Shown here piece after piece: positions 1-10,570 of a stretch of DNA of 32,000 bases. Numbering within the stretch: the stretch's first letter is position 1; every line of letters begins with the position of its first letter. The notes beneath the pieces are model-generated. The model was given only the letters and a program-made list of their open reading frames with translations. It was not told where the DNA came from and did not search any database. This DNA is from Vibrio vulnificus CMCP6 (lineage in GTDB: Bacteria; Pseudomonadota; Gammaproteobacteria; Enterobacterales; Vibrionaceae). The DNA lies in the NCBI RefSeq assembly GCF_000039765.1, contig NC_004459.3, forward strand, positions 510,001 through 542,000, given 5' to 3'. The position numbers and the translations under genes are program-made.

Positions 1-446
1 AACCAAAGATAAGGAAAGGTGATTTTGAGCATAAAGCTGGCAAGCTCAAATTTTTCCGCGGCTGGCCCACCATGTAACCAATCAATAAACCATCCCGCGC
101 CAAACAATGCCGTGACAACGCCAGAACCGAGCACCCCTAAAATCGTCACGACGGAAACGATCACTCCGAGCGTCCCTGATGCTTTAGCGATGAGATCCCG
201 TGTTTTGTTTAGATCGCCACTGGCGTGGTATTCCGTCAGTACTGGCACAAAGGCTTGAGAGAACGCTCCCTCAGCAAAAAGTCTTCTTAAGAAATTCGGA
301 ATTTTGTTGGCAAAGAAAAATACGTCGGCACTGGCACCTGCGCCCATTAAATTGGCGACAACCACATCGCGCACTAAGCCTAAAACACGAGAAACCAACG
401 TCATAGCGCTGACGATCATGCCGGACTTGAGTAGTCGTTTACTCAC
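1..446 (-). CDS. murJ: Lipid II flippase MurJ/MviN, N-terminal part; gene continues past the window edge
   Basis: Reverse-strand translation from a GTG at 446 reads (M/V)SKRLLKSGMIVSAMTLVSRVLGLVRDVVVANLMGAGASADVFFFANKIPNFLRRLFAEGAFSQAFVPVLTEY, with the MurJ motif NFLRRLFAEGAFSQAFVP. It is absent from the ORF track because it is truncated. Confidence 0.95.
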   Translation of the reverse strand, partial: MSKRLLKSGMIVSAMTLVSRVLGLVRDVVVANLMGAGASADVFFFANKIPNFLRRLFAEGAFSQAFVPVLTEYHASGDLNKTRDLIAKASGTLGVIVSVVTILGVLGSGVVTALFGAGWFIDWLHGGPAAEKFELASFMLKITFPYLW

Positions 447-619
447 TGTAACCTCGAAATATCACCGTAGCTTAACTTTTATCCGTCTTTTGTTAGGACA
501 GACGCGGATATTTATTAGCATTGGTCTAAAAATGCTGATAGAATCCCCGCCATCTTAACCGCGATGCCCTTTCTTACCAAAACTTGTTTTGGTCGCGATG
601 GGGTTTTTGCACAAATCAT

Positions 620-648
620 TTGACAATCGGGCATAAATGAGGGATATT
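620..648 (+). promoter_or_regulatory. Putative sigma70 promoter of rpsT (-35 TTGACA 620-625, 17 bp spacer, -10 GATATT 643-648)
   Basis: Perfect -35 with ideal spacing about 50 bp upstream of rpsT, followed by a GC-rich discriminator (cctcgccc). Confidence 0.65.
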
Positions 649-696
649 CCTCGCCCTTAAATTGTCACCGAACTAAAGTTTTTGGGAGTTAGACCC

Positions 697-957
697 TTGG
701 CAAATAACAAATCTGCTAAGAAGCGCGCTATCCAAGCTGAGAAACGTCGTCAGCACAATGCTAGCCGTCGTTCAATGATGCGCACTTACATGAAAAAAAC
801 TGTTGCTGCAATCGCTGCTGGCGATAAAGAAGCTGCAACTGCTGCATTCGCTGTAGTTACACCGATCCTAGACCGCATGGCGACTAAAGGCCTTATTCAC
901 AAGAATAAAGCAGCTCGTCACAAGTCTCGTTTCGCTGCACAAATCAAAGCTCTTTAA
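697..957 (+). CDS. rpsT: 30S ribosomal protein S20, TTG start codon
   Basis: Translation (M)[33 protein letters not shown]...[15 protein letters not shown] is S20. The start is the TTG at 697, not the upstream 682 used by the ORF track. Confidence 0.97.
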
Positions 958-975
958 TAGAGTCTCGATTCAGTG

Positions 976-1004
976 AAAAAAGCCGGCTTTATGCCGGTTT
1001 TTTT
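976..1004 (+). terminator. Rho-independent terminator downstream of rpsT
   Basis: aaaaaagccggctttatgccggttttttt: GC-rich stem plus T tract. Confidence 0.85.
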
Positions 1005-1026
1005 ATTGCTATCAAATTACCCATAT

Positions 1027-1055
1027 AAAAAAGCTGGCTTGTAAGCCAGCTTTTC
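1027..1055 (-). terminator. Rho-independent terminator downstream of hlyU; possibly bidirectional
   Basis: aaaaaagctggcttgtaagccagcttttct, directly downstream of the minus-strand hlyU. Confidence 0.75.
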
Positions 1056-1079
1056 TTTTCTACACGGCACGCAAAAGCA

Positions 1080-1376
1080 TTATTCTTCGCAATAAAGACT
1101 GTGCAGCAGTTTAATCATTGCTTTTACTTCTTCACTTTTCAGAGTGTAGTAAACCGTTTGTGCTTCTTTACGCGTGGTCACCAAACCATCACGACGCAAC
1201 CATGCCAGATGCTGAGACAATGCAGACTGACTTAATTGCAATTTGGCACAAAGTTCCCCGACCGATAGCTCTTGATTGTGTAGCATGCATAAGATTTGCA
1301 GGCGTCTTTCATTGGCCATGGCTTTGAGTAATACGACAGCTTTAGCAGAATTCTGCTCCATATCTTTTAAGTTCAT
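1080..1376 (-). CDS. hlyU: ArsR/SmtB-family transcriptional regulator HlyU
   Basis: MNLKDMEQNSAKAVVLLKAMANERRLQILCMLHNQELSVGELCAKLQLSQSALSQHLAWLRRDGLVTTRKEAQTVYYTL closely matches Vibrio HlyU; ArsR winged-helix architecture. Confidence 0.9.
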   Translation of the reverse strand: MNLKDMEQNSAKAVVLLKAMANERRLQILCMLHNQELSVGELCAKLQLSQSALSQHLAWLRRDGLVTTRKEAQTVYYTLKSEEVKAMIKLLHSLYCEE

Positions 1377-1504
1377 GTGTTGGTCCTCTAGCTACAACTC
1401 ACATGTCCCAACGGTTGTTGCAGATAGTTGTGTTAAACAATTTTATAATTTAGGTTTATATTTTTGTAGATAGTAATCTATTTGGGGTATTCAAGGGAAC
1501 GGTT

Positions 1505-2395
1505 TCATTCAAACAATTGGCTAAAATCTGCGTCACATACATTCTTTACTGCGGGATGTTGAATCATACGCTCAGCAAAGATCACGTAATACTCTTCTTT
1601 GAGATCGTCAACATGGCCAATGAGTTGTAAAGTCAGATCTTCTTCGATTTCTGAGATATAGACGGTCGGGGCAAGGAAAATGACGTCATCATGGTAGCGA
1701 GCAAAGGCTTTCATTAGGGCCACATCATCAAATTCCCCTAAGACATCAGGTTGAATCCCTTGGCGATCAAACCACTGTAAAACCTTACGCCCCATCGCTG
1801 TTCGGCTCCCAGGAATCAACAGTTTTTTCTGCTCCAAAATTGCGGGAAATTCAGCATTATCTATTTTGGTGGAAGAGAAGAAACTCATGCTCGACTCACC
1901 CAGTTTCTTACTATATAGGCCGGGACTTTGTGTCGAGTCGACAGGACAATCAGACAGAATCATGTCGAGCTTGTGTTGTGCCAAACGTTCCAGCAGCAAT
2001 TCGTGCGTCGATTCGTAACAACATAAGTGGATTTTTTTGTCTTGAGGTACAGTGGTTTTCAGCACCTTACTCACTAGCCGTTTTGACAACGCATCAGCAA
2101 CACCGACTTCAAATAGAATATTGGCATGCTGGCTATAGTTGACGATATCGAGCATTTCGTAACTTAAACCGAACATACGGTCAGCGTATTTGAATACCAA
2201 TTGCCCAAGCTCAGTGGGTTCAACGGTACGGCCGTTTCGCTTTGTCAGCTTGCCTTTCATGCGATCTTCTAGCGCTTTGATCTGTCCAGTCACCGTTTGT
2301 GGCGTGAGAAACAGCGCGTCTGCCGCTTTAGTAACGGAACCTTGCTTACAAACCATCCAGAAATAGTAGAGGTGATTATAATTGAGATGTGACAT
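1505..2395 (-). CDS. nhaR: LysR-family transcriptional activator NhaR
   Basis: [67 protein letters not shown]: NhaR-type LysR HTH. Confidence 0.92.
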   Translation of the reverse strand: MSHLNYNHLYYFWMVCKQGSVTKAADALFLTPQTVTGQIKALEDRMKGKLTKRNGRTVEPTELGQLVFKYADRMFGLSYEMLDIVNYSQHANILFEVGVADALSKRLVSKVLKTTVPQDKKIHLCCYESTHELLLERLAQHKLDMILSDCPVDSTQSPGLYSKKLGESSMSFFSSTKIDNAEFPAILEQKKLLIPGSRTAMGRKVLQWFDRQGIQPDVLGEFDDVALMKAFARYHDDVIFLAPTVYISEIEEDLTLQLIGHVDDLKEEYYVIFAERMIQHPAVKNVCDADFSQLFE

Positions 2396-2776
2396 AACCC
2401 TTCCTTAAAAGAAACCACTGCCGTCCCTGAGAACGTGACAAATATGACAGACGTCGCCAATTATATCGAAAAAACCGAATTTAAAACGCAATAACATTAA
2501 AAAAAACAGAACCAATCAATTTCATATTGTCATATTTTGTGACATACCACCCACTAATTGAACCAAAAAACAACCGCTTGAGATGAAGTAAAAAACAACT
2601 AAAAATCAAAAACTTAATGATGAGTTATTTTTATTTCAGCAAATTAATCCGAGCTCAACGGTGAAAATATCCAGATGACACCGAATTGTCATATTACTGA
2701 AATATTTCATCTCTAGTATCGGCCTCAGTTTCAACAACAGACCAAACTGAGATTTAGACGGTCAATGGAGAAAATT

Positions 2777-3925
2777 ATGATGAACCAAGCTACTACGGCA
2801 GCAACGCCAATTTCGAGCACAACTCGTTGGCTTCGCTGGGCTAACTTGGCATTCATGTTATACCTGCTACTTTTAGCAGTATCTATGGTAGGTAGTGGTT
2901 TTAAACTGGCTACTGGCGATCAAGCTAAAGTACTTTTTGAGTTTGCCTCACACCCTGTTGCGGGCCTAATGATTGGTCTTGTGGCGACAGCTCTTATTCA
3001 ATCTTCCAGTACTGTGACCTCGATTATCGTCGGTTTGGTCGCTGGTGGCTTACCAGTAGAAACTGCAATCCCTATGGTTATGGGTGCAAACATTGGCACC
3101 ACAGTAACAAACACCTTGGTTTCTCTTGGCCACGTACGCTGTAAAGAAGAATTCAAGCGCGCTTTTGCAAGTGCGACAATTCACGATTTCTTCAACCTAC
3201 TTGCGGTTGCCATCTTCCTTCCTTTGGAAATGATGTTCGGCATTCTAGAGAAAGTGTCTCACTGGCTTGTGTCACCACTATTGAACACGGGTGATATGAG
3301 CATGAAAGGGTTTGACTTCATCAAGCCAATTACCAAACCTGTCGTAAGTGCAGTGAAAGGTCCACTAAGCACATTTGGTGATACTTTTGCAGGTGTTGCG
3401 CTGATTGTACTGGGTATCGCTACCATCTTCGTTGCTATCACGGTGATGGGTAAATTGATGAAGAGCCTAATGGTTGGCCGCGCTCGTGACATCCTGAAGA
3501 ACGCAATTGGCCGCGGTCCTATCCACGGTATCGTGTCAGGCTCTATCGTAACGGTGTTGGTTCAGTCTTCATCAACAACAACCAGCTTAATGGTTCCACT
3601 CGTTGGTACTGGTGTACTGAAAGTACGTGATGTTTACCCATTCACTCTGGGTGCGAACATTGGTACTTGTATTACCGCACTGCTTGCAGCAACGGCAGTT
3701 TCTGGTGAGTTTGCTGTGTTTGCACTACAGATTGCTCTCGTCCACTTAACCTTTAACGTGTTAGCAACTCTGTTCATCTTTGGTATTCCGTTCTTACGCG
3801 AAATCCCAATTAAAGGTGCAGAATTCATTTCAGAGATGGCGATTAAGAACAAAGCGGTGGTTGCTGGGTACCTACTTGCAGTATTCATCTTCATCCCAGG
3901 GTCGATTCTGGCACTAACGGCATAG
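2777..3925 (+). CDS. nptA: Na+/phosphate cotransporter, NptA/PNaS family
   Basis: Paired QSSS repeats (ATALIQSSSTVTSIIVGLVAGG and VTVLVQSSSTTTSLMVPLVGTG), GANIGTTVTNTLVSLGH and GANIGTCITALLAA, with multiple TM segments. Confidence 0.88.
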   Translation: MMNQATTAATPISSTTRWLRWANLAFMLYLLLLAVSMVGSGFKLATGDQAKVLFEFASHPVAGLMIGLVATALIQSSSTVTSIIVGLVAGGLPVETAIPMVMGANIGTTVTNTLVSLGHVRCKEEFKRAFASATIHDFFNLLAVAIFLPLEMMFGILEKVSHWLVSPLLNTGDMSMKGFDFIKPITKPVVSAVKGPLSTFGDTFAGVALIVLGIATIFVAITVMGKLMKSLMVGRARDILKNAIGRGPIHGIVSGSIVTVLVQSSSTTTSLMVPLVGTGVLKVRDVYPFTLGANIGTCITALLAATAVSGEFAVFALQIALVHLTFNVLATLFIFGIPFLREIPIKGAEFISEMAIKNKAVVAGYLLAVFIFIPGSILALTA

Positions 3926-3941
3926 AACATTGAAATACCGG

Positions 3942-3971
3942 AAAAGGAGAGCAAATTGCTCTCCTTTTTTG
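3942..3971 (+). terminator. Rho-independent terminator downstream of nptA
   Basis: aaaaggagagcaaattgctctcctttttt: perfect stem plus T run. Confidence 0.85.
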
Positions 3972-4044
3972 TTGCTGAAGCAAAGGTTTTCATTGGCAAA
4001 AATCGTTGGCTGATACACACTGAAGAAAAACAGCGGTGTACGCA

Positions 4045-5193
4045 ATGATGGAACATAAAGAGAACCAACAACGGTTAGAAGCGGCAAGAAAGATTGACGA
4101 CCAACTTTCTCTACTTGTTGAAAACATAGACATTTTGAGCAGTGTCACGCCGCAAAACTACAAGGAAGAGCGGCAGCTCTTTTTTGATAATCGCTTTTCC
4201 ATTGAACCCAGCTTTACCTACAAAGATCAAACGTTTGATGTTCATCAAGCTAAGCGAAATCTTTACTCTCTTCCCATTGAAAACATCGACAGCGTGAAGC
4301 TACGTGCTCTGTACGCGGAAGTGATCCAGTCTTATGCAGACAAACTCGATCAACTTTGTTCCATCGGTAATGCGGAGTTTCTCTATAACTCACTGCGTTA
4401 TTATGGTGAACCGAGCAGCAAAGATATCCGTAATGCCAATTTTTTATTGCATCTTCCCATTGAAGAAGAAGCCTCCCAGCGCCACGATTGCCATGAAATC
4501 GCCGCCTTTATGCAGCAGTTTTGTCAGGATCATGGCTATACAGGGGAGATTGAGATCAACAACAGCATGATTGCTAATGCGCTGGTCTCGGGAACCAAAG
4601 TGAAAATTAATGCTTCGGCCAGCATCACCACGAAAGAGATGCACGCTCTTGCCCATCATGAACTCGGTGTTCACTTGCTTACGACGTTGAACGGGCGAGC
4701 CCAGCCGTTGAAATTACTCAGCTTGGGTTGCCCAGTAAATACGACCACACAAGAAGGATTGGCTATTCTCTGTGAGTTTCTCTCTGGGCATTTTAGTCTC
4801 AAACGCCTTAGAACCTTGGCTCTTCGAGTTATTGCTGTCGAATCGATGATCAAAGATCGAGATTTTCGCAATACCTTTTTACTGCTCAAAGAGCAGTATA
4901 AAACGGATGACATGACAGCATTTACGATTACGGCTCGCGTCTATCGTGGCGGTGGTTATACCAAGGATTATCTCTATCTACGCGGCTTTAGAGAAATCCT
5001 CAATGCCTATGATCAGCTCGGCGACGATTTTAATTTGTTGCTCGCAGGCAAAACAGAAATACGCTATTTCTCCACCATCAAGTCGCTGGTCGCAGATGGC
5101 CTCATTCAGCCACCAAAATTCATTAGCCCAGCCATCGCCAAACCCGCCCCAGCGGATCCTATCTATAAATTTGTCGCCAATGCGCTCAAATAG
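4045..5193 (+). CDS. DUF1704/QEGLA-motif protein (MATCAP-like putative zinc metallopeptidase)
   Basis: Contains HALAHHELGVHLLTTLNG (HHELGxH-type zincin motif) and NTTTQEGLAILCEFLSG (QEGLA motif). The ORF opens at a GTG at 4036; ATG codons at 4045 and 4048 are more likely starts. Confidence 0.8.
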   Translation: MMEHKENQQRLEAARKIDDQLSLLVENIDILSSVTPQNYKEERQLFFDNRFSIEPSFTYKDQTFDVHQAKRNLYSLPIENIDSVKLRALYAEVIQSYADKLDQLCSIGNAEFLYNSLRYYGEPSSKDIRNANFLLHLPIEEEASQRHDCHEIAAFMQQFCQDHGYTGEIEINNSMIANALVSGTKVKINASASITTKEMHALAHHELGVHLLTTLNGRAQPLKLLSLGCPVNTTTQEGLAILCEFLSGHFSLKRLRTLALRVIAVESMIKDRDFRNTFLLLKEQYKTDDMTAFTITARVYRGGGYTKDYLYLRGFREILNAYDQLGDDFNLLLAGKTEIRYFSTIKSLVADGLIQPPKFISPAIAKPAPADPIYKFVANALK

Positions 5194-5210
5194 CACAAAC
5201 GCTGTAGGTA

Positions 5211-5238
5211 ACAAAAAAGGGCTCTAGGAGCCCTTTTC
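5211..5238. terminator. Bidirectional terminator between convergent DUF1704 gene and thyA
   Basis: caaaaaagggctctaggagcccttttcaa between convergent genes. Confidence 0.75.
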
Positions 5239-5251
5239 AACCATCGTGATG

Positions 5252-6103
5252 TTATACCGAGAATGGGTACTGGATTGGGTCATGATGTTCATACCCTTCT
5301 ACCCAGAAATCATCCAAAGTGACCCAAGTTTCCAGATCTTCCAAAGATTTGATCTCAGGGTTGATGTGGAACGTTGGCGCTTGTAACGGTTCTCGCTTGA
5401 GTTGCACATCACGCATCAGTGCTAACTGATCTTCATAGATATGTGCATTAACAATCTTATGGAATGCTTGGCCCGGTTTCTTGCCCGTAATCTGTGCCAT
5501 GATCGCCAAGAACACATACACCTGGACCATGTTGAAATTCAGCCCCAGTGGCACGTCACACGAACGTTGTGTGCTATTGAGGTATAACGTATCACCCAGC
5601 AATGAGAAGTGATGACTGTACATACAAGGGCGCAAACAACCCATATGAAATTCACCTGGGTTGTAGAAATTGAGGATCTCCCCGCGATCGTCTACTCCGC
5701 GCGTCAGGTCATCGACAATTTTACGCAATTGGTCGATATGACCACCATCAGGCTTCGCCCAAGCTCGACCTTGTACGCCGTAGACACGGCCCATGTCATC
5801 TTCGCCTTTGCGATATGGGTTATTCAACCAAGCATCATTGAGATTGGCGTTCGCATCCCAGGTTTTCGTACCTAACTTGCGAAAATCTTCCGCATTGTCA
5901 TAACCTCGAATGTAGCCAAGCAACTCTGCAACCGCCGCCTTCCAGAAACTCTTACGCGTGGTAACCAAAGGAAACTGATTGTTGGCAACATCGTAGGTTA
6001 AATCCGCGTTGATCACAGTAAGGCAGCGCTTACCGGTACGTTCATTTTCAACCCAGTGCCCTTCATCAACGATGCGACGGCACAATTCTAAATATTGTTT
6101 CAC
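5252..6103 (-). CDS. thyA: Thymidylate synthase
   Basis: [39 protein letters not shown]...[37 protein letters not shown]: ThyA active site and folate-binding motifs. Confidence 0.96.
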   Translation of the reverse strand: MKQYLELCRRIVDEGHWVENERTGKRCLTVINADLTYDVANNQFPLVTTRKSFWKAAVAELLGYIRGYDNAEDFRKLGTKTWDANANLNDAWLNNPYRKGEDDMGRVYGVQGRAWAKPDGGHIDQLRKIVDDLTRGVDDRGEILNFYNPGEFHMGCLRPCMYSHHFSLLGDTLYLNSTQRSCDVPLGLNFNMVQVYVFLAIMAQITGKKPGQAFHKIVNAHIYEDQLALMRDVQLKREPLQAPTFHINPEIKSLEDLETWVTLDDFWVEGYEHHDPIQYPFSV

Positions 6104-6112
6104 TTCAATTCC

Positions 6113-6928
6113 TTACTTCACGGTTACTTTGTCTTGATAGTGGCCACGTTTATAAGCCCAAGCCATCAGCGCCAATCCACCAATAATCATCGGTGACGAC
6201 AAGATCTGTCCCATTGAAATGAAACCACCAAACAGACCCAGTTGCGCATCCGGCTCACGCACGTATTCAACGAGGAAACGGAATGTACCATAACCAGCAA
6301 GGAATAAACCAGATACGGATCCTAAAGGTCTTGGTTTGCGGATAAACCAGTTGAGGATAAAGAACAGCACCACCCCTTCTAATGCCATCTCATACAATTG
6401 CGAAGGGTGGCGTGGTAGTGGTCCGCCGGTTGGGAACACCATCGCCCAAGGCACATCGGTCACTCTGCCCCAAAGCTCGCCGTTCATAAAGTTGCCTAAG
6501 CGCCCTACCCCTAAGCCAAATGGCACTAACGGAGCAACGAAGTCCGCCACGCCAAAAAAGGTTCGGCCATTTTTCTTCGCGTACCAGAGCATAGCCGTAA
6601 TGACACCCAGCAAGCCGCCATGGAAAGACATGCCACCTGTCCAGACTTTAAAGAGGTAAATCGGATCAGCGAGGAAGAGATCGAAGTTATAGAACAGCAC
6701 GTACCCAATGCGACCACCCAGCACAACGCCTAGGAATCCAGCGAACAGCAAGTCCGAAACTTGCTCTCGCGTCCAGCCACTGCCCGGTTTGTCTGCTCGG
6801 CGATTGGCGAGCCACATCGCAAACAAAAAACCAAATAGATACATCAACCCGTACCAACGAACTGAGATGGGTCCTATCGAGAAAAAGACGGGGTCGATAT
6901 TAGGAAAAGGCAGGTAACCCTGAGACAT
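6113..6928 (-). CDS. lgt: Prolipoprotein diacylglyceryl transferase
   Basis: [27 protein letters not shown]...[11 protein letters not shown]...[25 protein letters not shown]...RHPSQLYE: Lgt signature. Confidence 0.97.
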   Translation of the reverse strand: MSQGYLPFPNIDPVFFSIGPISVRWYGLMYLFGFLFAMWLANRRADKPGSGWTREQVSDLLFAGFLGVVLGGRIGYVLFYNFDLFLADPIYLFKVWTGGMSFHGGLLGVITAMLWYAKKNGRTFFGVADFVAPLVPFGLGVGRLGNFMNGELWGRVTDVPWAMVFPTGGPLPRHPSQLYEMALEGVVLFFILNWFIRKPRPLGSVSGLFLAGYGTFRFLVEYVREPDAQLGLFGGFISMGQILSSPMIIGGLALMAWAYKRGHYQDKVTVK

Positions 6929-6967
6929 AATGAAGTACTCTTAATCATCAACTTTGAAATAACGCGG

Positions 6968-7759
6968 CTAGACTAACATGCTGAGCGCGACAAACATTAA
7001 AAATAACGCAAAGATTTTTTTCAGCTTTGCCGTTGGAAGCGTGGTGGCCCAGCGAGCACCAATTCGAGTGGTTAGCATTGAGGTTCCTGCAATCGCCAGC
7101 AGGGCTGGTAGATAAACATAGCCCACACTGTAATCAGGTAATGAAGCGACGCTGTAGCCATGCAGGATGAATCCCGTCATCCCCGCTATCGCAATCACAC
7201 AACCGCATACCGATGAGGATCCAACAGCTTTGCGCATTTCAACGCCGTGTCGGTTAAGAAACGGAACCGATAAAGAACCACCACCGATCCCTGCTAAACT
7301 CGATACCACTCCGATACCTGTACCATACAGCATGGTGACTGGGCTGCTTGGCATTGCGCGGGTTGTCGTCACTCGAATCGAGCGGAACATTTGCAGTGCC
7401 AAGAATAAAACGATAACCCCAAACACTCTCGGCAAATATTGGGTTGGGATCCATTCGGCGATATTCGCCCCGACAAATCCACCAATCACCACTCCCGGCA
7501 TCAGCCACTTCACGACAAAGATATCCACGTTGCCCAATTTGAGATGATTTAACGCTGAAGAGCCCGAGGTAACAATAATACTGGCTAAAGACGTTGCTAA
7601 TGCCATGTGCATGCTCAATTCTGTGGGAATTCCAGCCCACGGCAATAAGTAAAGCAACGCAGGCACCACAATCAAACCACCACCGATGCCTAATAACCCT
7701 GCCATCACGCCAACAAACGCACCCAGCACCAACAACACACTTAATAATTCAAACGTCAC
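6968..7759 (-). CDS. TSUP-family (TauE/SafE, DUF81) membrane permease
   Basis: GLLGIGGGLIVVPALLYLLP...SLAGIGGGSLSVPFLNRHGVEMRKAVGSSSVCG: duplicated GIGGG motif typical of TSUP proteins. Confidence 0.88.
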   Translation of the reverse strand: MTFELLSVLLVLGAFVGVMAGLLGIGGGLIVVPALLYLLPWAGIPTELSMHMALATSLASIIVTSGSSALNHLKLGNVDIFVVKWLMPGVVIGGFVGANIAEWIPTQYLPRVFGVIVLFLALQMFRSIRVTTTRAMPSSPVTMLYGTGIGVVSSLAGIGGGSLSVPFLNRHGVEMRKAVGSSSVCGCVIAIAGMTGFILHGYSVASLPDYSVGYVYLPALLAIAGTSMLTTRIGARWATTLPTAKLKKIFALFLMFVALSMLV

Positions 7760-7765
7760 AGCAAC

Positions 7766-10012
7766 CTACTTCTTACCTGCACGGATAAAACCGGCAAAAT
7801 CATGATTAATAAAATAATCCCGCATCAACTGGTGAATATCCTTGCCATAAGAAAGCGACAAAGCTTGTTGAGACAAGGCTTGTAAATCGCTCAATTGGCT
7901 ATGGCGAATCAAATATTTGATCCGCGCGACGTTTGAGGTGTTCATGCTCAAACTACGGTAACCCAAACCAAGTAGCAGTAATGCGCCAAATGGGTCTCCC
8001 GCTAACTCGCCACAAATACAAACGGGTAAGTGGTATTGTCCACACTGCTGATAAATCTGCTGCAGGGCTTGCAATACCGCTGGATGCAACGATTCATAGA
8101 CATCAGAAACTCGTGCATTGTTCCGATCCACAGCCAATAAATATTGCGTTAAGTCGTTTGTCCCCACCGAGACAAAATCCACGCGCTGAGCAATTGATGG
8201 AATCAAATAGACCATCGAAGGGACTTCAATCATCACGCCAATTTGTGGCATCACCACGCGTTCATCCAGCAACACGACCTCATGATAAGCTTGCTGAATC
8301 AAACGAATGGCGTCATCAAGCTCTCCGACACCAGAAATCATCGGCAAGAGAATACTCAAATTGCCATGCTCAGCACTGGCTCGTAACATGGCTCGTAACT
8401 GGATAAGGAAGATGTCTGGATGATCTAGGGTAAAACGGATCCCACGCCAGCCTAAAAAGGGGTTATCCTCTTCAATAGGCAGGTAAGGCAGCGGTTTATC
8501 ACCGCCAATATCTAAGGTGCGCATCACCACTCGCTGCTGAGGATAACTACTTAAAATAGCGCGATATTGCTGATATTGCTCATCCTCAGAAGGAAAACGA
8601 TGTTGCAAGAGAAAAGCAATTTCAGTGCGATATAATCCCACACCATCCACACCCGCGTTGATCGCGATATTACTGTCGGCGCTCAAGCCCGCGTTGAGTA
8701 ATACCTCGACGTCGACGTTATCCTGAGTTTTCGCGGGCAGAGCAAGCTCCTTGTTCACCATCGCGAACAATTCACTCTCTTCCGTTACAAGGCTGCGGTA
8801 CTCACGCAAAATCTGGCGATTAGGCTGAATATAAATCTCGCCGGAGTAGCCATCGACGATCCCCTGCTTGCCATGCACCTCTTCCAGATTCAGGTTCGCC
8901 CCCATGACAGCAGGCACTCCTAGCGCTCTGGATAAAATCGCAGCGTGGGAGTTCGCCGCGCCTTCTAATGCCACCACTGCCAACAGGTATTTTTTCGGTA
9001 CAGACGCCAAAAGTGAAGCGGTGAGTTCATTGGCAACCAAAATTACCGGTCGCTCAATTCTTGGCTGCTCTTGCTCACTGTTGTGTAAAAAGAACAGTAA
9101 ACGCTGACCTAACTCACGAATATCATGCGCTCGCTCTCTCAGGTAAACATCCGACATTCGTGCAAAGCGACTGGAATAGCTTTCGACCACTTGACGCAAT
9201 GCCCAGTCCGCGCGATCTCCGCGCTCCACATGCTTTTTCAAGTCTGTACGTAACATAGGATCGTTCAGCAAGTGCGTGAAGAGATCGAATATGGCCAGCG
9301 CATCTTTATTGATTTCACTGTCGAACTTTTTGCGCATACGGCGAAAATCCGCCAACGCGGCTTCAATCGCAACAGCTAACCACTCTTGCTCTCGCTCTTT
9401 ATCGAGTGTCGAGGCTGGGCACACCTCCGACAATATCGGCTGTGAATTGTCATACCAAAACTCGCCAATTGCGACCCCACTTGAAGCGGCAATGCCCTGC
9501 ACCGCAGCAGGTTTAGACGCCAATGACCAATGGCCAAGACTTTGTGCATGCGCAATGATGACGGCTAACTGAGCGGATAGAGTGACAAGGAAGGATTCTT
9601 CCATCTCGCTGAAAAGTCGTGGGGTTTTCTGCTGGATAACCAGCACGCCCAATACTTTTTTACGATGGATGATCGGCGCACCTAAAAACGAGTGATACGT
9701 TTCTTCGCCTAACTGAGGAAAATATTTAAAAGCGGGATGCTTCGAGGCTTCGGCTAAGTTAAGAGGCTCGGCGCTGCGTTTCACTAAGCCAACCAAGCCC
9801 TCTTCAAACTGGATGTGAATACTGTCGCCATGAAAAGTCAGGCCTTGCGTTGCCATTAGCTCTAGTCGTTGCCTTTCTTCATTCGCCAGATAAATCGTGC
9901 AACACTCTGTGCTCAATGCTGTGCAAGTTTCTCGTACCAACGTATTCAATGCTTGGTGAACATCCTCGACACGAGAAACCTTTTCAACTATCTCCCTGAG
10001 TTGACTCAGCAT
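7766..10012 (-). CDS. ptsP: Phosphoenolpyruvate-protein phosphotransferase PtsP (EI-Ntr, N-terminal GAF domain)
   Basis: N-terminal GAF domain, PEP-utilising core (GAANSHAAILSRALGVPAVMG, LYRTEIAFLLQ, RTLDIGGDKPLPYLP, EVPSM, FVSVGTNDLTQYLLAVDRNN, CGELAGDP); 748 aa. Confidence 0.95.
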   Translation of the reverse strand: MLSQLREIVEKVSRVEDVHQALNTLVRETCTALSTECCTIYLANEERQRLELMATQGLTFHGDSIHIQFEEGLVGLVKRSAEPLNLAEASKHPAFKYFPQLGEETYHSFLGAPIIHRKKVLGVLVIQQKTPRLFSEMEESFLVTLSAQLAVIIAHAQSLGHWSLASKPAAVQGIAASSGVAIGEFWYDNSQPILSEVCPASTLDKEREQEWLAVAIEAALADFRRMRKKFDSEINKDALAIFDLFTHLLNDPMLRTDLKKHVERGDRADWALRQVVESYSSRFARMSDVYLRERAHDIRELGQRLLFFLHNSEQEQPRIERPVILVANELTASLLASVPKKYLLAVVALEGAANSHAAILSRALGVPAVMGANLNLEEVHGKQGIVDGYSGEIYIQPNRQILREYRSLVTEESELFAMVNKELALPAKTQDNVDVEVLLNAGLSADSNIAINAGVDGVGLYRTEIAFLLQHRFPSEDEQYQQYRAILSSYPQQRVVMRTLDIGGDKPLPYLPIEEDNPFLGWRGIRFTLDHPDIFLIQLRAMLRASAEHGNLSILLPMISGVGELDDAIRLIQQAYHEVVLLDERVVMPQIGVMIEVPSMVYLIPSIAQRVDFVSVGTNDLTQYLLAVDRNNARVSDVYESLHPAVLQALQQIYQQCGQYHLPVCICGELAGDPFGALLLLGLGYRSLSMNTSNVARIKYLIRHSQLSDLQALSQQALSLSYGKDIHQLMRDYFINHDFAGFIRAGKK

Positions 10013-10014
10013 GG

Positions 10015-10533
10015 TTATCCTCTTCGTTTAACTTTTTTACCTTTCAATTTACGTTCGCGAAAAGGCATGGCTAACGATGCAAATTCCTTCATCGCTCGGC
10101 GATAAACGTCTCGCTTAAATGAAACCACCTGACGCACAGGATACCAATAGCTAACCCAACGCCAACCATCAAATTCAGGAGAGCTACCTTTTTGCATATT
10201 GATCTTGGATTCATCGCACTCAAGACGCAAAAGGAACCATTTCTGCTTTTGGCCGATACAAACAGGCTTAGAGTCCCAACGAACCAGTCTCTTTGGTAGC
10301 TTATATCTTAACCAATGACGACTGCTCGCAATGATCTTAACGTCTTTGTGCGTTAGACCGACTTCTTCATACAACTCTCGAAACATTGCTTGTTCCGGAG
10401 TCTCACCATCATCAATCCCCCCTTGAGGAAATTGCCAAGAGTGTTGCCCGTATCGCTTAGCCCAGAAGACCTGACCATGGTTATTACAAATCACTATACC
10501 AACATTTAGCCGGTAACCATCGCCATCTATCAC
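10015..10533 (-). CDS. rppH: RNA pyrophosphohydrolase RppH (Nudix)
   Basis: [60 protein letters not shown]: Nudix box in RppH context, 2 bp from ptsP. Confidence 0.96.
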   Translation of the reverse strand: MIDGDGYRLNVGIVICNNHGQVFWAKRYGQHSWQFPQGGIDDGETPEQAMFRELYEEVGLTHKDVKIIASSRHWLRYKLPKRLVRWDSKPVCIGQKQKWFLLRLECDESKINMQKGSSPEFDGWRWVSYWYPVRQVVSFKRDVYRRAMKEFASLAMPFRERKLKGKKVKRRG

Positions 10534-10570
10534 TGGCTAACCTCTAAGATAAGTTTTTTATTACAGTGAT

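Noticed and set aside
1118-1473. Plus-strand ORFs (69 and 65 aa) antisense to hlyU.
   Set aside because: Shadow frames of hlyU with low-complexity, non-protein-like translation.
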